Assembly (NCBI GenBank): GCA_964518635.1
Contig: CAZFGK010000002.1
Coordinates: 101,803-165,802 of the forward strand
Length of the DNA stretch: 64,000 bases
Reading direction: 5' to 3'
Origin: an uncultured Ignavibacteriales bacterium
Lineage (GTDB): Bacteria; Zixibacteria; MSB-5A5; GN15; FEB-12
The notes under the pieces are model-generated. The model had not been told where the DNA came from. It did no database searches and worked only from the letters and a program-made list of their open reading frames with translations. A program made the translations under genes and the position numbers. Position 1 is the first letter of the stretch. Each line of letters opens with the position of its first letter. Positions 50,617-61,349 of this stretch are shown one piece after another.

Positions 50617-52790
50617 CGGTTGGGCACTACAATTCTCCAGCGGTACAAAATCCAGTACGAGGATTCGTTAATCTTCGATGGTCTCACATTCCCTCGCTGT
50701 ATTTCCTGCGCAACTCGCGTTGCATTAAAGGTGGCGGATTCGATTGCCTCTTCAGCCCTTCGATTAAGTTCATCAATCGAAGAGGGTGCTCGCAGGGAAT
50801 CTTGAATGACTCGGCCTGAAAAATCAAGAAGCAAATGGAACCCAAGTATATACTCACGGATCCCTTCTACATACGCCTCAAGTGGAAACTCAAAATCCTT
50901 CTTGAATTCTTCCGGCGGAAAGTTGAGTTCAATGATCGTATCCCCCTCTATACTGACAAAGAGACTTGCTTCAACATCACTGACACTCCTGCTCCCAGTT
51001 CCCAAGCCTTCATCTTTTTCACCAAACGGTTCGTTCGTAAACTGATTTCTCAACGAATCACTCGCCACATTCCTTGTTGGCTGTTCTTCTTCCTGATTAA
51101 GCGTCTGCGGCGTGCGAAGATTCCCCGCCAGCTGGGTTCGAATCCAACTCGCTTTGTCACTCTGCGGGAAGGAATCAAGATACTCCTGATACGCATACAC
51201 CAGACTGGAATCGCCGGGGGAATTATACTGATCGGCGAGCCAGATCATGGCAAACTCGGCTACAACTACTTCCTTTGAGTCGGGAAATCTTGTCAAGATC
51301 TCCTGGTATGCTGCACTTGCAGCGACCACATTCCCCTCGTCGATATAGAGCGACTCCGCCTGTCGAACGTAATACTGGGGTGTAAGCGAATCGAGCGGAG
51401 CCGAGGTAATCCCAAGCACCAGTCGGGCCTCCTCAGCGGATGTGGAATTCGGAAAACGCTCAACAACCTCTCGTAGCAATGAATCAACCAACAAGCTGTC
51501 GGCCGTTGTTTCACGAAGAATACCGGCCCTGAAGAGCATCGCATTCGGTGCCAGATCAGCTCGGGGGAGTGAATCGATAATCCAGGTCAGCTCAGCGACT
51601 GCCGAGTCGGCCTGGTTGAACTGAGTCCAAAACAGATCAGCTAGATCGTAAGCATCTTTGGCCGCTTTATTTATCTTTTCAGGGCTGGCGGTGGAATCGA
51701 GCACGATCTGCTTGTTCATCTGCTGTAGCTTGGTAATGTCCGATGACCGTTTGGTCGATTGCTGCCCCGGTACAGAATTAGGAGCCAGCTTCACGGTAGC
51801 TTCGTAATAGGTCTTCGCAGAGATGAGATCATTTTCGTCGAACTGCGACATCATGCCGAGGCGGTAATTCGCTTCGGCTGCGATTAATTTATTCTCGTCT
51901 TTGGCCAGGTCCCGATAGATCTCTCTGGCAAGAATCGGTTCTTCATCAATCTCATACCCCTCAGCGAGTTTCAGACGAAGCACACCGACTGAATCATGAT
52001 TGGCCTTGTCCCTTATCAAATCGTTCAAGATCGATTGTCCAAACTCCACCTGACGAACCAGATAGGCAGACTCGATTGCCTTTCGCTGTGCGCGAAACTT
52101 CCCTTCCGGATCCCTAGACGTTTTGGCAATGTCGAGATAGGCCGCGAGGGCATTGTTCGGATCGAATGAAGCAAGATAACCATCCGCGAGCAGCCCTTGC
52201 GCCTGTTCACGCTGAGTGTCGTTGCCGACACTGTCCCGCACCGCGATTAAATAGGGACGTGCCTCGACCGGCTTTTTCTCTTTGGAGTAATAGCGACCGA
52301 GCTCAAGGGAGGCCTCCGCCCGTTCTGTCTTGTCGAGACTTGTCGACGCAACTTGTTTGAAAAGGACAATCGCTGAGTCTATTTCATTCAGCTCCCGTTT
52401 TGTCTGCGCAAGAAAGAGCGGAATCCGATTGGCATATTTTCCATCCGGAAATTGTTCCTGCAGATCCCGAAATCTCCGCTCTGCCCGGTTGAACTGTTTC
52501 GTACGATAGAGTGAGACTGCAAGAATATACAGGGCATCATCGTAATATGATGACTTCGGGAAATTCTCGACAATCTTCTGAGTCTTTTCAATTGCGAGCT
52601 TGTAGTCGGCATCCCCACCCGATCCGGAAAGATTCCCCTTGCGAGTCTTTTCTGCCTGCTTAAAGCTCTTGTTTGCATTGAAGAAAGTATTGAAATAGAC
52701 CCCGCAACCGGAGAAGACAAAGGCGAGGAGTAAACTCACGGTCAAAATCTGGCGAAGCGGAGTAGTGAATGAGGATGGCATACTTCTCAT
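50613..52790 (-). CDS. Large TPR-repeat lipoprotein
   Basis: 725 aa with the lipobox FVFSGC, YFNTFFNANKSFKQAEK, and many TPR-like repeats. 4-nt overlaps link it to both neighbours. Confidence 0.65.
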   Translation of the reverse strand: MRSMPSSFTTPLRQILTVSLLLAFVFSGCGVYFNTFFNANKSFKQAEKTRKGNLSGSGGDADYKLAIEKTQKIVENFPKSSYYDDALYILAVSLYRTKQFNRAERRFRDLQEQFPDGKYANRIPLFLAQTKRELNEIDSAIVLFKQVASTSLDKTERAEASLELGRYYSKEKKPVEARPYLIAVRDSVGNDTQREQAQGLLADGYLASFDPNNALAAYLDIAKTSRDPEGKFRAQRKAIESAYLVRQVEFGQSILNDLIRDKANHDSVGVLRLKLAEGYEIDEEPILAREIYRDLAKDENKLIAAEANYRLGMMSQFDENDLISAKTYYEATVKLAPNSVPGQQSTKRSSDITKLQQMNKQIVLDSTASPEKINKAAKDAYDLADLFWTQFNQADSAVAELTWIIDSLPRADLAPNAMLFRAGILRETTADSLLVDSLLREVVERFPNSTSAEEARLVLGITSAPLDSLTPQYYVRQAESLYIDEGNVVAASAAYQEILTRFPDSKEVVVAEFAMIWLADQYNSPGDSSLVYAYQEYLDSFPQSDKASWIRTQLAGNLRTPQTLNQEEEQPTRNVASDSLRNQFTNEPFGEKDEGLGTGSRSVSDVEASLFVSIEGDTIIELNFPPEEFKKDFEFPLEAYVEGIREYILGFHLLLDFSGRVIQDSLRAPSSIDELNRRAEEAIESATFNATRVAQEIQRGNVRPSKINESSYWILYRWRIVVPNR

Positions 52791-53632
52791 ACAGTTTCCC
52801 GCTTCTGCTGTTCCGCCGGATGGCCGATGGCCATAACGAGCAGAGGGAGGATTTCACCTGAAAGGGCGGCAAATCGAAAATCGACCAGATCACTCAGAGG
52901 AGTCGGCTCAGGATTGATTTCAACGATGGTCGCTCCCTGCTGCTTGGCAATGAGGGGGAGCTGCGAGGCGGGGTAGACCAGCGCGGAGGTGCCAACCACG
53001 AAAAAGAGGTCAGCTACTCTCGCCGCTTCATACGCCTGATCAATCGTGACCGGGTCCAGATTCTCTCCGAACCAGACGACACCGGGACGAAGTTGACCGC
53101 CGCAATGTGGACACAAAGCGATCTTTGATGGATCAATTTCAACTGTATCAGAGTGGACTCGTTCGCAGTCGACACATTTGTTGATCGAGATATTTCCGTG
53201 CAGTTCCATAAGGTCGGTTGAGCCAGCACGCTGGTGAAGACCATCGACATTTTGGGTAATCAGTGTGAAGTTCCGGGTCAGTTTCTGCATTGCTGCAATG
53301 GCCCGATGCCCGTCGTTCGGTTCCACCTTAGTCAGCAAATCCCGCCGCCAGTTGTACCACTCCCAGACGATCTTTGGGTTTGCCAGAAAGGCGGTCATCG
53401 AGGCGAGTTCTTCCGGCTTGAACGAATTCCAGAGCCCTTCCTTTCCCCGAAAGGTCGGCACCCCAGATTCGGCAGAGATACCCGCACCGGTGAGCATGGC
53501 AATTTTTCGCGCGGTATGCCATTGCAACGCAATCTGAGAGAGCTGGGTCGAAACATGGGGCGGTGGCATCGATTTCGGCTGGGAAAAGGGGATGGACATT
53601 CCGTTTAAGCTACGCAGATTTGCCGCCGACAC
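52787..53632 (-). CDS. cobB: NAD-dependent protein deacylase (Sir2 family)
   Basis: GAGISAESGVPTFRG, TQNVDGLH, and a zinc ribbon CVDCE..CPHCGGQLRPGVVWFGE. An alternative start is at 53599. Confidence 0.85.
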   Translation of the reverse strand: MSAANLRSLNGMSIPFSQPKSMPPPHVSTQLSQIALQWHTARKIAMLTGAGISAESGVPTFRGKEGLWNSFKPEELASMTAFLANPKIVWEWYNWRRDLLTKVEPNDGHRAIAAMQKLTRNFTLITQNVDGLHQRAGSTDLMELHGNISINKCVDCERVHSDTVEIDPSKIALCPHCGGQLRPGVVWFGENLDPVTIDQAYEAARVADLFFVVGTSALVYPASQLPLIAKQQGATIVEINPEPTPLSDLVDFRFAALSGEILPLLVMAIGHPAEQQKRETV

Positions 53633-53675
53633 AAGGTTTGGCGGAGGTTGAGCCCGTATCAGGGAGATGAGTTTT

Positions 53676-55814
53676 TTACATCCGTCGGGTGGGGAAACGG
53701 TCGGTTAGTTTCCCTGTTTTCAGGGTGAACTGAATCTCCGTCTCGGCTGACGAAAGATCAAGGATCCAGCCAAACAGCAGAGTCGTCCCCTGATAGACCT
53801 TTTCGAATCCTCCTTCGGATTGAGAAACACTAAACAGCGGAAAACGCCAAAGTTCCGCCGACAGATTGACCGTTCCTTCCACCGCAGCCCCCTGCCACTC
53901 ATCGATCAGTGCCGCCGACCGAACGCCGAGATTCTCTGACCGCCCGTCCAGCCATTTCGGATCAGCGACGGAGCCATTGATCAGCACATAGCGATCATCG
54001 GAATGACCGGCTTGGAAAGTGAGATTCTGCTCGATGACAAATCGAACGGTCATCGGCTGATCGGTTGCGAGTGAATAGCGAACAACCAACTCCCCCGTCG
54101 GCAGCATCTGCATCTCTTTTCGAAATGCAAACTGAAGACTGAGGCCATTCTGATTGATTTGTGAATTGGTCGTGCATCGAAGGCCGGACTCAATTCTCTC
54201 AGACCCCATGCGATGATCAGTGCTGCGCCAAAGGGACGGCTGATGGTTGAACTCGAAGGCTGCAGCACTACTCTCAACCGGGAGAAGATGCTCGATAAAG
54301 GCGCGTTTGAGATACGGGTCGTGAGTCAGCAGCTTTTCCAACCCCGGCTCTTTGGTGAGAACCTGATCATGTATCGAAGCCGATCCTGATCCTTCCTGTT
54401 CCGGCGAGACTGCTCTGGAGAGCTGACGATGATACCCCTCGTCATAGCGTGAAATCGTATCGGTAAGATGACAAGCAGGGTCGAAAAGGGAATACTCGAC
54501 CAACATCCCACCCTTCGACGGGCTGATCGCGGCGCGGGTGCTCTCTGATTCGAGAATGAAATCGACGAGACCATCCCCTTGAAGCTCAGTCTCGTGAACA
54601 ACAACCCCTTTTCGTCTTTCAAGTTTGCGAAGAATCGATTCTGCCAAAAGCATTTCGGCATACACCTGCTTACGAATATGCGGCAGATAGATTCCGCCGA
54701 ATACTCCGTGCCAATAAGGGCAGTTGCACTGTGCGGCGTAGAGATGCTCTCTTGCAATGGTAAGCTGCTCTCTATTTTTTGTATTCTCTTTGATCGAGTC
54801 AATTCGGTCTGATAGTGCGAGCATCTTTTTGTGAAGGAGATTGACCTCTTCGTATTTTGTCAGGAATCCGCGCCAGTGACCGCCTCGCACAAAATGCCCG
54901 TACTGTTCTCGTTTCCCTTGCTCATCGAGCCAATGCTCGAAATCTTCAAACTCACGATTCTGCTGCGCGGGGAGTGCCCAGTGAAGCATCTCGGCATAGG
55001 AGGCAGAAGGAAGGTATGCACGAGCGCCGCTTGGTGTGGCGGCGAGTTCGCCAAGCGGCACGATCTTGAGCCAGTCTGACTGACGGCTTAGCGCTTCAAG
55101 AAAGCGATCAATCCAGCCATTGGTGTAGCAGTGTTCAAATGTCTTCGGCCAGACTCCGAATTTTTCGCCGTCATCGGCGTAGACGGCACAGCCATCCGGA
55201 TGTTTCTCGGCAGTGCGCTTGAGATATTCGATGACATCTTCGACTTTGCCAAACGGGATCAGATACCGGAGCCGTTTTTGACTCAGAAGGAGCGTGATCC
55301 CCTTCCCATTTTGATCGGTGCGAAACGATTGATGTAGTTGCCCAAAAGTAAAACCGGCATAGAGAAAATGGGTGTCATCGACCGGGGCGAATTGTATCCC
55401 GGCATCTGCGAGAATTGCCGGAAGATGCGGTTCCCAGATTCGTTCGGTCAGCCAAGCACCAGTCGGGTTCAGCCCAAAGTGATGATGCAGATAGCGGTTG
55501 AGTTTCTGAATCTGCGCGATGGCATCCCGTTCCGGAATCGAGATAAGAATCGGTTCATAGAATCCACCGCTGAGCAGTTCGAGTTGCCCATCGGCAATAC
55601 CTTCACGAATGAGTCGAAAGTATCCCGGATCATGCTCTTCCTGATATCGCCAGAGAATTCCGGATTGATGCAAGGACAAACGAACGGAGGGATACTGACG
55701 CAGCCGCTCCAGAAATGGCCGGTAAGCGCGTTGTTGCGATTGTTCGAAGACCCAGCCGAAATTTCCGACCGGCTGATGATTGTGAAGAACGATAGAAAAA
55801 CGAAAGTGACTCAT
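53676..55814 (-). CDS. Glycoside hydrolase family 57 enzyme (alpha-amylase/4-alpha-glucanotransferase-like)
   Basis: Start at MSHFRFSIVLHNHQPVGNF (GH57 hallmark), with ..WLTERIWEP.. and DDGEKFG motifs and a long C-terminal extension. Confidence 0.8.
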   Translation of the reverse strand: MSHFRFSIVLHNHQPVGNFGWVFEQSQQRAYRPFLERLRQYPSVRLSLHQSGILWRYQEEHDPGYFRLIREGIADGQLELLSGGFYEPILISIPERDAIAQIQKLNRYLHHHFGLNPTGAWLTERIWEPHLPAILADAGIQFAPVDDTHFLYAGFTFGQLHQSFRTDQNGKGITLLLSQKRLRYLIPFGKVEDVIEYLKRTAEKHPDGCAVYADDGEKFGVWPKTFEHCYTNGWIDRFLEALSRQSDWLKIVPLGELAATPSGARAYLPSASYAEMLHWALPAQQNREFEDFEHWLDEQGKREQYGHFVRGGHWRGFLTKYEEVNLLHKKMLALSDRIDSIKENTKNREQLTIAREHLYAAQCNCPYWHGVFGGIYLPHIRKQVYAEMLLAESILRKLERRKGVVVHETELQGDGLVDFILESESTRAAISPSKGGMLVEYSLFDPACHLTDTISRYDEGYHRQLSRAVSPEQEGSGSASIHDQVLTKEPGLEKLLTHDPYLKRAFIEHLLPVESSAAAFEFNHQPSLWRSTDHRMGSERIESGLRCTTNSQINQNGLSLQFAFRKEMQMLPTGELVVRYSLATDQPMTVRFVIEQNLTFQAGHSDDRYVLINGSVADPKWLDGRSENLGVRSAALIDEWQGAAVEGTVNLSAELWRFPLFSVSQSEGGFEKVYQGTTLLFGWILDLSSAETEIQFTLKTGKLTDRFPTRRM

Positions 55815-55891
55815 ACTATTCAGAATACATCCTACACGATGTGAAATTGACGCCAGTTTGAGCCACACGGCACAACGAGCATAGCCCCCTA

Positions 55892-56800
55892 TTATTCGTC
55901 GATTGAGTCACGAATAGCGAGATAATTTCGGTACCGAAAGGGGGCGATACTCCCCCCCTCGACCGCGGCCTTCACCGCACAGTCCGGTTCGGCGGCATGC
56001 TGGCAGCCGGAAAAACGGCACAAATGTGCTAGCTCGCGAAACTCCGGGTAATACTCTTTAACATCATCCGAATCGATCTCCCAGAGTCCCATCTGACGAA
56101 CCCCCGGGCTATCGACCAGAAAACCGCCGGACGGAATCGGAACCATCACGATGGTCGTAGTGGTATGTTTCCCTTTTCTTGTCTCGCTGGAGACCGCACC
56201 AATGCGAAGACCGGTCTCTGGGATGAGGGCATTGAGGAGTGATGACTTCCCCACCCCGGAATGCCCGACGAAAATCGAGCGATGCCCAACAAGATGCGTA
56301 AGAAGAGTGTCGATCCCCTCCCCTTTATCCGCCGATACCGTCAGGACCGTATATCCAATCTGTCGATAAATTTCGATAATCTCAGAATCAATCAAATCGA
56401 TTCCGAGATCGGCTTTGTTCACCAGTACAATCGGCTTAAGTGAGCCAGACTCGGCGGCAATGAGTAAACGATCAATCAGCCCGCTCTTGAGGATTGGCTG
56501 CACTACCGAGGCGACAATTACCAGTTGATCAAGATTCGCTGCGATCACTTGCTTGATCTGCCCCAGCCCGGTAGTCGGACGCGCGAAGCTGCTTCGACGC
56601 GGGAGGACCTCTTCGATTCCACCTAAGCCATCTGCCACTCTTATACGGACGTCATCACCGACTGCGACGGGTGTTTCATTCTGACGGGCGCGTTTGACTT
56701 TGGAGAGTGGTTCGCACGGGACAATGAGACCGGATTCGGACTGAACTAGAAATCGCTTCCCCTGCGTTGCAATCACGACTCCCGATTCTGTTTCTGCCAT
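55892..56800 (-). CDS. rsgA: Ribosome small-subunit-dependent GTPase A
   Basis: Circularly permuted GTPase motifs NKADL..., VGHSGVGKSSLLNAL and DSPG, plus the Zn knuckle CRFSGCQHAAEPDCAV. ATG at 56800 is preferred over the longer track ORF. Confidence 0.85.
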   Translation of the reverse strand: MAETESGVVIATQGKRFLVQSESGLIVPCEPLSKVKRARQNETPVAVGDDVRIRVADGLGGIEEVLPRRSSFARPTTGLGQIKQVIAANLDQLVIVASVVQPILKSGLIDRLLIAAESGSLKPIVLVNKADLGIDLIDSEIIEIYRQIGYTVLTVSADKGEGIDTLLTHLVGHRSIFVGHSGVGKSSLLNALIPETGLRIGAVSSETRKGKHTTTTIVMVPIPSGGFLVDSPGVRQMGLWEIDSDDVKEYYPEFRELAHLCRFSGCQHAAEPDCAVKAAVEGGSIAPFRYRNYLAIRDSIDE

Positions 56801-56863
56801 TTCCAGAGTATAGCCCGAAAGAAAATCGTGAACAAGTGAGCATCTTCGGTGGTATTCTATTGC

Positions 56864-57355
56864 ATGGAGACAGATGTGACAGTCGAACTTCGAGAAAGAA
56901 GCATCCCGAAGGAGCTTTCCCCCTACCTCCCCTTGATAGTCTTTGACGGAACATGCGGACTCTGCAATCGCCTTTCGGGATGGATTCTCGCGCACCAGTC
57001 AGAAATACCGGAACGACAGATGTTTGTTGTCGGAGGGGAGTCGACATTCGGGAAAGACTTGCTGCAGGATCTCGGCGTCGAAAAACTGGCTGAGAGTACG
57101 ATTCTTTTTCTCACCCCGGATGGAATCTTGACCAAAATGGATGCCTCGTATGCGATCTGGCGACGGCTACGATTCCCCTATTCGCTAATACCGTTTCTGT
57201 ATGGCTGGCTCCCGAGGACAGTCTTGAATTCTCTCTATGACCGAATCGCAGCGAATCGAACCCGAAAAGTCTGTACGTTAAGAGATCGGGAGTGGCGTGA
57301 GCGATACGCACGGTTTGTGCTTGATGATCTCCCCTATCCAAACATGAACTCCTAG
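56864..57355 (+). CDS. Thiol-disulfide oxidoreductase DCC family (DUF393)
   Basis: The N-terminal motif IVFDGTCGLCNR is characteristic of the DCC family. Confidence 0.7.
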   Translation: METDVTVELRERSIPKELSPYLPLIVFDGTCGLCNRLSGWILAHQSEIPERQMFVVGGESTFGKDLLQDLGVEKLAESTILFLTPDGILTKMDASYAIWRRLRFPYSLIPFLYGWLPRTVLNSLYDRIAANRTRKVCTLRDREWRERYARFVLDDLPYPNMNS

Positions 57356-57828
57356 CGTCCTCGCGCAAAGATGATAAAATCTGTCAGAGGCGGCTCGCTG
57401 CCAGCTTGACGGATCAGGAGATTGACTTGCCCACGGTGGTGAGTCGAGTGATTGATCACATGGGTGAGAGTCTCTTCGACCGTACTGGTATATGACTCCC
57501 CGCGTGAATTCACGTAGGGAATACCAGTCGCGAGATAGCTCTCGCTCTTTTCTTCAAGTAAGCCAAGCCACTCCTGAATTGACGCACGGTTGAGCATCTG
57601 CAATTCGTCCAATGGAACCTCCTCCCAGAAATTGCGCCGCATCGGACGTTGCATGACCCGATCAAACCAGCACATCTGAGAGAGAATCGCATGCCCGATG
57701 ATAGACACCCCCTTAGCAATCGGCCCAGAGCTACCTGGCTGCAATTTCATCAGGACATCTAGTGAGCGTTGATTTCCCCATTCGGTGTAGTGCAGCCGTC
57801 GTACAAACGATTGCATCAGCAGACTCAT
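57352..57828 (-). CDS. DinB-family protein
   Basis: 158 aa with ..HVINHSTHHRGQVNLLIRQAG.., typical of the DinB four-helix-bundle family. Confidence 0.75.
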   Translation of the reverse strand: MSLLMQSFVRRLHYTEWGNQRSLDVLMKLQPGSSGPIAKGVSIIGHAILSQMCWFDRVMQRPMRRNFWEEVPLDELQMLNRASIQEWLGLLEEKSESYLATGIPYVNSRGESYTSTVEETLTHVINHSTHHRGQVNLLIRQAGSEPPLTDFIIFARGR

Positions 57829-58030
57829 TCTCTCTCCTTTCAGACGGAACCAGCGGGACCAATTTCGGTTGCATCCCTCAGCTTGCGTACAAATTCAAGT
57901 GTAACAAAGACAGAAACTGAAATTGCTGTCAGGGAATTGACACGCTATCTTTTTCTTTTCCGGTCTGCGAAGCCCTATCGGGGGAGGACCGGCCATTTCC
58001 AACAGGCACTCCCAGGAGATTGCAGGACAT

Positions 58031-61000
58031 ATGTTTAAGTCGATTCTTACAAAGCTCTTCGGCACCAAGCACGACCGTGATGTCAAAGCGGCCGCCCCCC
58101 TGGTCGATGAGATCAATGAATATTTCGAGCAGTTTGCCTCGTTGACCGATGACCAACTCAAAGGGAAGACCGCCGAATTCCGCGCTCGCCTTGAAAAAGG
58201 GGAGATAGTGAACGACATCATGACTGAGGCCTTTGCTGTCATCAAGGAAGCGGCTCGACGCCACTGCGGACAGACCTGGTCGGTAGTTGATCAGCCGGTC
58301 TTGTGGGAGATGGTGCATTTTGATGTTCAGCTTATCGGCGGGATGGCTTTGCATAACGGAAAAATCGCCGAAATGGCCACCGGTGAAGGAAAGACTCTCG
58401 TCGCAACGCTGGCGACCTATGCCAATGCACTCAACAGCCGTGGTGTTCATGTCGTGACGGTAAACGACTATCTCGCACGACGTGATCGTGAATGGATGGG
58501 TCGTCTTTATGAATTCCTGGGACTGACCGTCGGTGTAATTCAAAACCAGATGAATCCCGAACAACGGCGTGTCGCCTACCAATGCGATGTCACTTTTGGA
58601 ACTGCCAACGAATTTGGTTTTGATTATCTGCGCGATAACATGGCCAGCCGGAGTGAAGATCGAGTCCAGCGCGGACATCACTATGCCATCATCGATGAAG
58701 TCGACTCTATCCTGATCGATGAAGCCCGTACCCCTCTCATTATCTCCGGTCAGGTCGAATCGACCGCCAACGAACGATACCGTGAGATGAAAATTGTCAT
58801 CGACACCATTGTGCGAAAGCAGACTTCATTGATCAATGAAATGGTCGCCAAAGCAGAAACGATGTTGAGTGCTTCGGAAAATACTGCTGGTACCAAGGGG
58901 AATGCCAAACAAGCTCGTGAAGATGAATTCGAAGCCGGGACTTTGCTGCTGGCGGCTCGTCGCGGCGCACCGAAGAACAAGCGGTTGCAGAAACTCCTGA
59001 AAGAGCCGGGTGTCGCAAAATTGATGTCCGAGACGGAATCCTCCTATATGCAGGAGAAGAAACTGCATGTGGTCGATGAACGTCTCTATTTCTACATCGA
59101 TGAACGTGAGCATTCCATCGCCCTGACCGACCTCGGTATCCATCAGCTTGCGGTCAGTGAGCAGAAGTTATTTGAGATTCCTGATCTGTCGACGATGCTC
59201 TCTGAGATTGAGGGAAACAGCTCACTCTCTGACGAAGAACGGAAACAACAGACTGATCATGCCTACAAAATGCATTCTGAGCGTACCGAAAAGGTCCACG
59301 CCATGAATCAGCTGCTGCGCGCTTTCTCCCTCTATGAAAAAGATGTCGAGTATGTCGTGCAGGATGAGAAGGTGATGATTGTAGATGAATTCACCGGACG
59401 AATTCTTCCCGGACGTCGCTATTCCGATGGCCTGCATCAGGCGATTGAGGCCAAAGAAGGAGTACGGATCGAAGCCGAAAGCCAGACCCTGGCGACGATC
59501 ACGTTGCAGAACTATTTCCGCATGTATGAAAAACTCGCCGGTATGACCGGTACCGCCGAAACCGAAGCAGGTGAACTCTGGGAGATTTACAAACTTGATG
59601 TGCAGGTGATTCCGACGAACAAGCAGATGGTCAGGGAGGATGTTGAAGACCGAGTCTATCGCTCCCGGCGTGAAAAATACAATGCCATTGTCGAGGAGAT
59701 TCAGGAGAAATACGCTGCCGGTCGCCCGGTGCTTGTCGGAACAACCTCAGTTGAGTCATCAGAGACTATCGCGCGTATGCTCAAGCGTTCAGGTGTCCCA
59801 CATAATGTTCTTAATGCCAAGCAGCACCAGCGTGAAGCAGAAATCGTCGCCAATGCCGGTCAGCGGCAAGGGGTAACTATCGCGACCAACATGGCAGGTC
59901 GTGGAACCGACATCAAACTGGGCGCAGGAGTGCGTGAGGTTGGCGGCTTGCATATTGTCGGAACTGAGCGGCATGAATCACGCCGTATCGATCGCCAGCT
60001 TCGCGGACGAGCCGGTCGTCAGGGGGATCCGGGATCGTCGGTCTTTTTCCTCTCGCTCGAAGATGACCTGATGCGTCTGTTTGGGGGCGAACGTCTCGCC
60101 CTCATCATGGACAAACTCGGGCTTGAAGAGGGTGAAGTGATCACGCACGGCATGGTCACCAAATCAATTGAGCGGGCACAGAAAAAAGTCGAGCTGAACA
60201 ATTTCGAAATCCGTAAGCGGACACTCGAGTATGATGATGTCATGAATGTCCAGCGCAAATGGATTTATGAACGTCGCCTTGCCGCTCTCGAAAAACCGTC
60301 AATCAAAGATGAAGTCCACGAGTTGATTGATACTGCCGTCGGCGATATTGTCGACACCCACTGTCCTGAAAAAGAGAATAACGAATACTGGAATTTCGCA
60401 GGGTTGAAAGAGGAACTTGCCTCAGTCTTCATGCTCTCCCTTCCGCTGACTCCTGATGAACAGGAGAAAATCACCCCGGCTGATCTGAAAGAGAAAATTC
60501 TCGCGGCAGCGATGCATCTCTACACGCTCAAAGAATCTGCCTATGGGGATGAGATCATGCGCCAACTCGAGCGATTCTGTGTCCTCTCGACCATTGATCG
60601 CTACTGGCGGGATCATCTTGCGGAAATGGATGAACTACGCACCGGAATTCATCTGCGGGCATATGCCCAGTCATCCGGCAAGCCGATTGATATCTACAAG
60701 AAAGAGGCCTTCGGCATGTTTGAAAAGATGGTCACTGCCGTCGACAAGGATATCGTGGGGCTGGTGTTCCGTCTGCAGGTGAGTGTCCAGCAGCAGCAAC
60801 AGCAGCAGATGGAGCGCAAACCTGCCCGCATGACCACCCAGCATGCTGATGCAACTGGTGCGGGTCTAGCGGCTGGACCGGGGGATGCGGTCGATGCCGA
60901 AGAACCACTCGGCGTAGGTGGCGGTTCAACTGCCACTGCAACTGCCCCGCCAAAGGCACGGGCAAAAGAGGAGTCGAGTCCGGTGCAGACTGTTGTGCGC

Positions 61001-61087
61001 ACTTCACCGAAAGTAGGTCGGAATGATCCTTGTCCATGCGGAAGCGGGAAGAAATATAAGAAGTGCCACGGGGTGAACGAGAGTTAG
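58031..61087 (+). CDS. secA: Preprotein translocase ATPase SecA
   Basis: 1018 aa with [17 protein letters not shown].., Walker [44 protein letters not shown] and the C-terminal zinc finger [14 protein letters not shown]. Confidence 0.97.
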   Translation: MFKSILTKLFGTKHDRDVKAAAPLVDEINEYFEQFASLTDDQLKGKTAEFRARLEKGEIVNDIMTEAFAVIKEAARRHCGQTWSVVDQPVLWEMVHFDVQLIGGMALHNGKIAEMATGEGKTLVATLATYANALNSRGVHVVTVNDYLARRDREWMGRLYEFLGLTVGVIQNQMNPEQRRVAYQCDVTFGTANEFGFDYLRDNMASRSEDRVQRGHHYAIIDEVDSILIDEARTPLIISGQVESTANERYREMKIVIDTIVRKQTSLINEMVAKAETMLSASENTAGTKGNAKQAREDEFEAGTLLLAARRGAPKNKRLQKLLKEPGVAKLMSETESSYMQEKKLHVVDERLYFYIDEREHSIALTDLGIHQLAVSEQKLFEIPDLSTMLSEIEGNSSLSDEERKQQTDHAYKMHSERTEKVHAMNQLLRAFSLYEKDVEYVVQDEKVMIVDEFTGRILPGRRYSDGLHQAIEAKEGVRIEAESQTLATITLQNYFRMYEKLAGMTGTAETEAGELWEIYKLDVQVIPTNKQMVREDVEDRVYRSRREKYNAIVEEIQEKYAAGRPVLVGTTSVESSETIARMLKRSGVPHNVLNAKQHQREAEIVANAGQRQGVTIATNMAGRGTDIKLGAGVREVGGLHIVGTERHESRRIDRQLRGRAGRQGDPGSSVFFLSLEDDLMRLFGGERLALIMDKLGLEEGEVITHGMVTKSIERAQKKVELNNFEIRKRTLEYDDVMNVQRKWIYERRLAALEKPSIKDEVHELIDTAVGDIVDTHCPEKENNEYWNFAGLKEELASVFMLSLPLTPDEQEKITPADLKEKILAAAMHLYTLKESAYGDEIMRQLERFCVLSTIDRYWRDHLAEMDELRTGIHLRAYAQSSGKPIDIYKKEAFGMFEKMVTAVDKDIVGLVFRLQVSVQQQQQQQMERKPARMTTQHADATGAGLAAGPGDAVDAEEPLGVGGGSTATATAPPKARAKEESSPVQTVVRTSPKVGRNDPCPCGSGKKYKKCHGVNES

Positions 61088-61320
61088 TTTCGTCTCACGG
61101 TGAAAATGTGTGGGCGGTATGCCTCCCGGCATGCCCCGTGAACAACTTGTCAAAGTTTTGGTAGCAAAGCCCCTTTAGGGGCGAATGTTTCTTTTTGAAA
61201 GTTAATGCATACAACAACACCCGCCCCTAAAGGGGCAGGCTACCGCGTATGATGTAATTGAAGACCCTGAGCGGGTGCTCAGGGCTACTGTTAATTTCTT
61301 GTCACCCTGAGCTTCTGGAT

Positions 61321-61345
61321 CTCACCCTGAGCTTGTCGAAGGGTC
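61321..61345. repeat. REP-like hairpin repeat CTCACCCTGAGCTTGTCGAAGGGTC (second copy at 4624-4648)
   Basis: It differs at one base from CTCACCCTGAGCCTGTCGAAGGGTC at 4624-4648. A partial tandem copy lies at 61301-61320. Confidence 0.7.
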
Positions 61346-61349
61346 TTCC

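Noticed and set aside
57929-58681. A 250-aa ORF on the minus strand.
   Set aside because: It lies almost entirely antisense to the highly conserved 5' part of secA, has no motifs, and is a typical shadow ORF.
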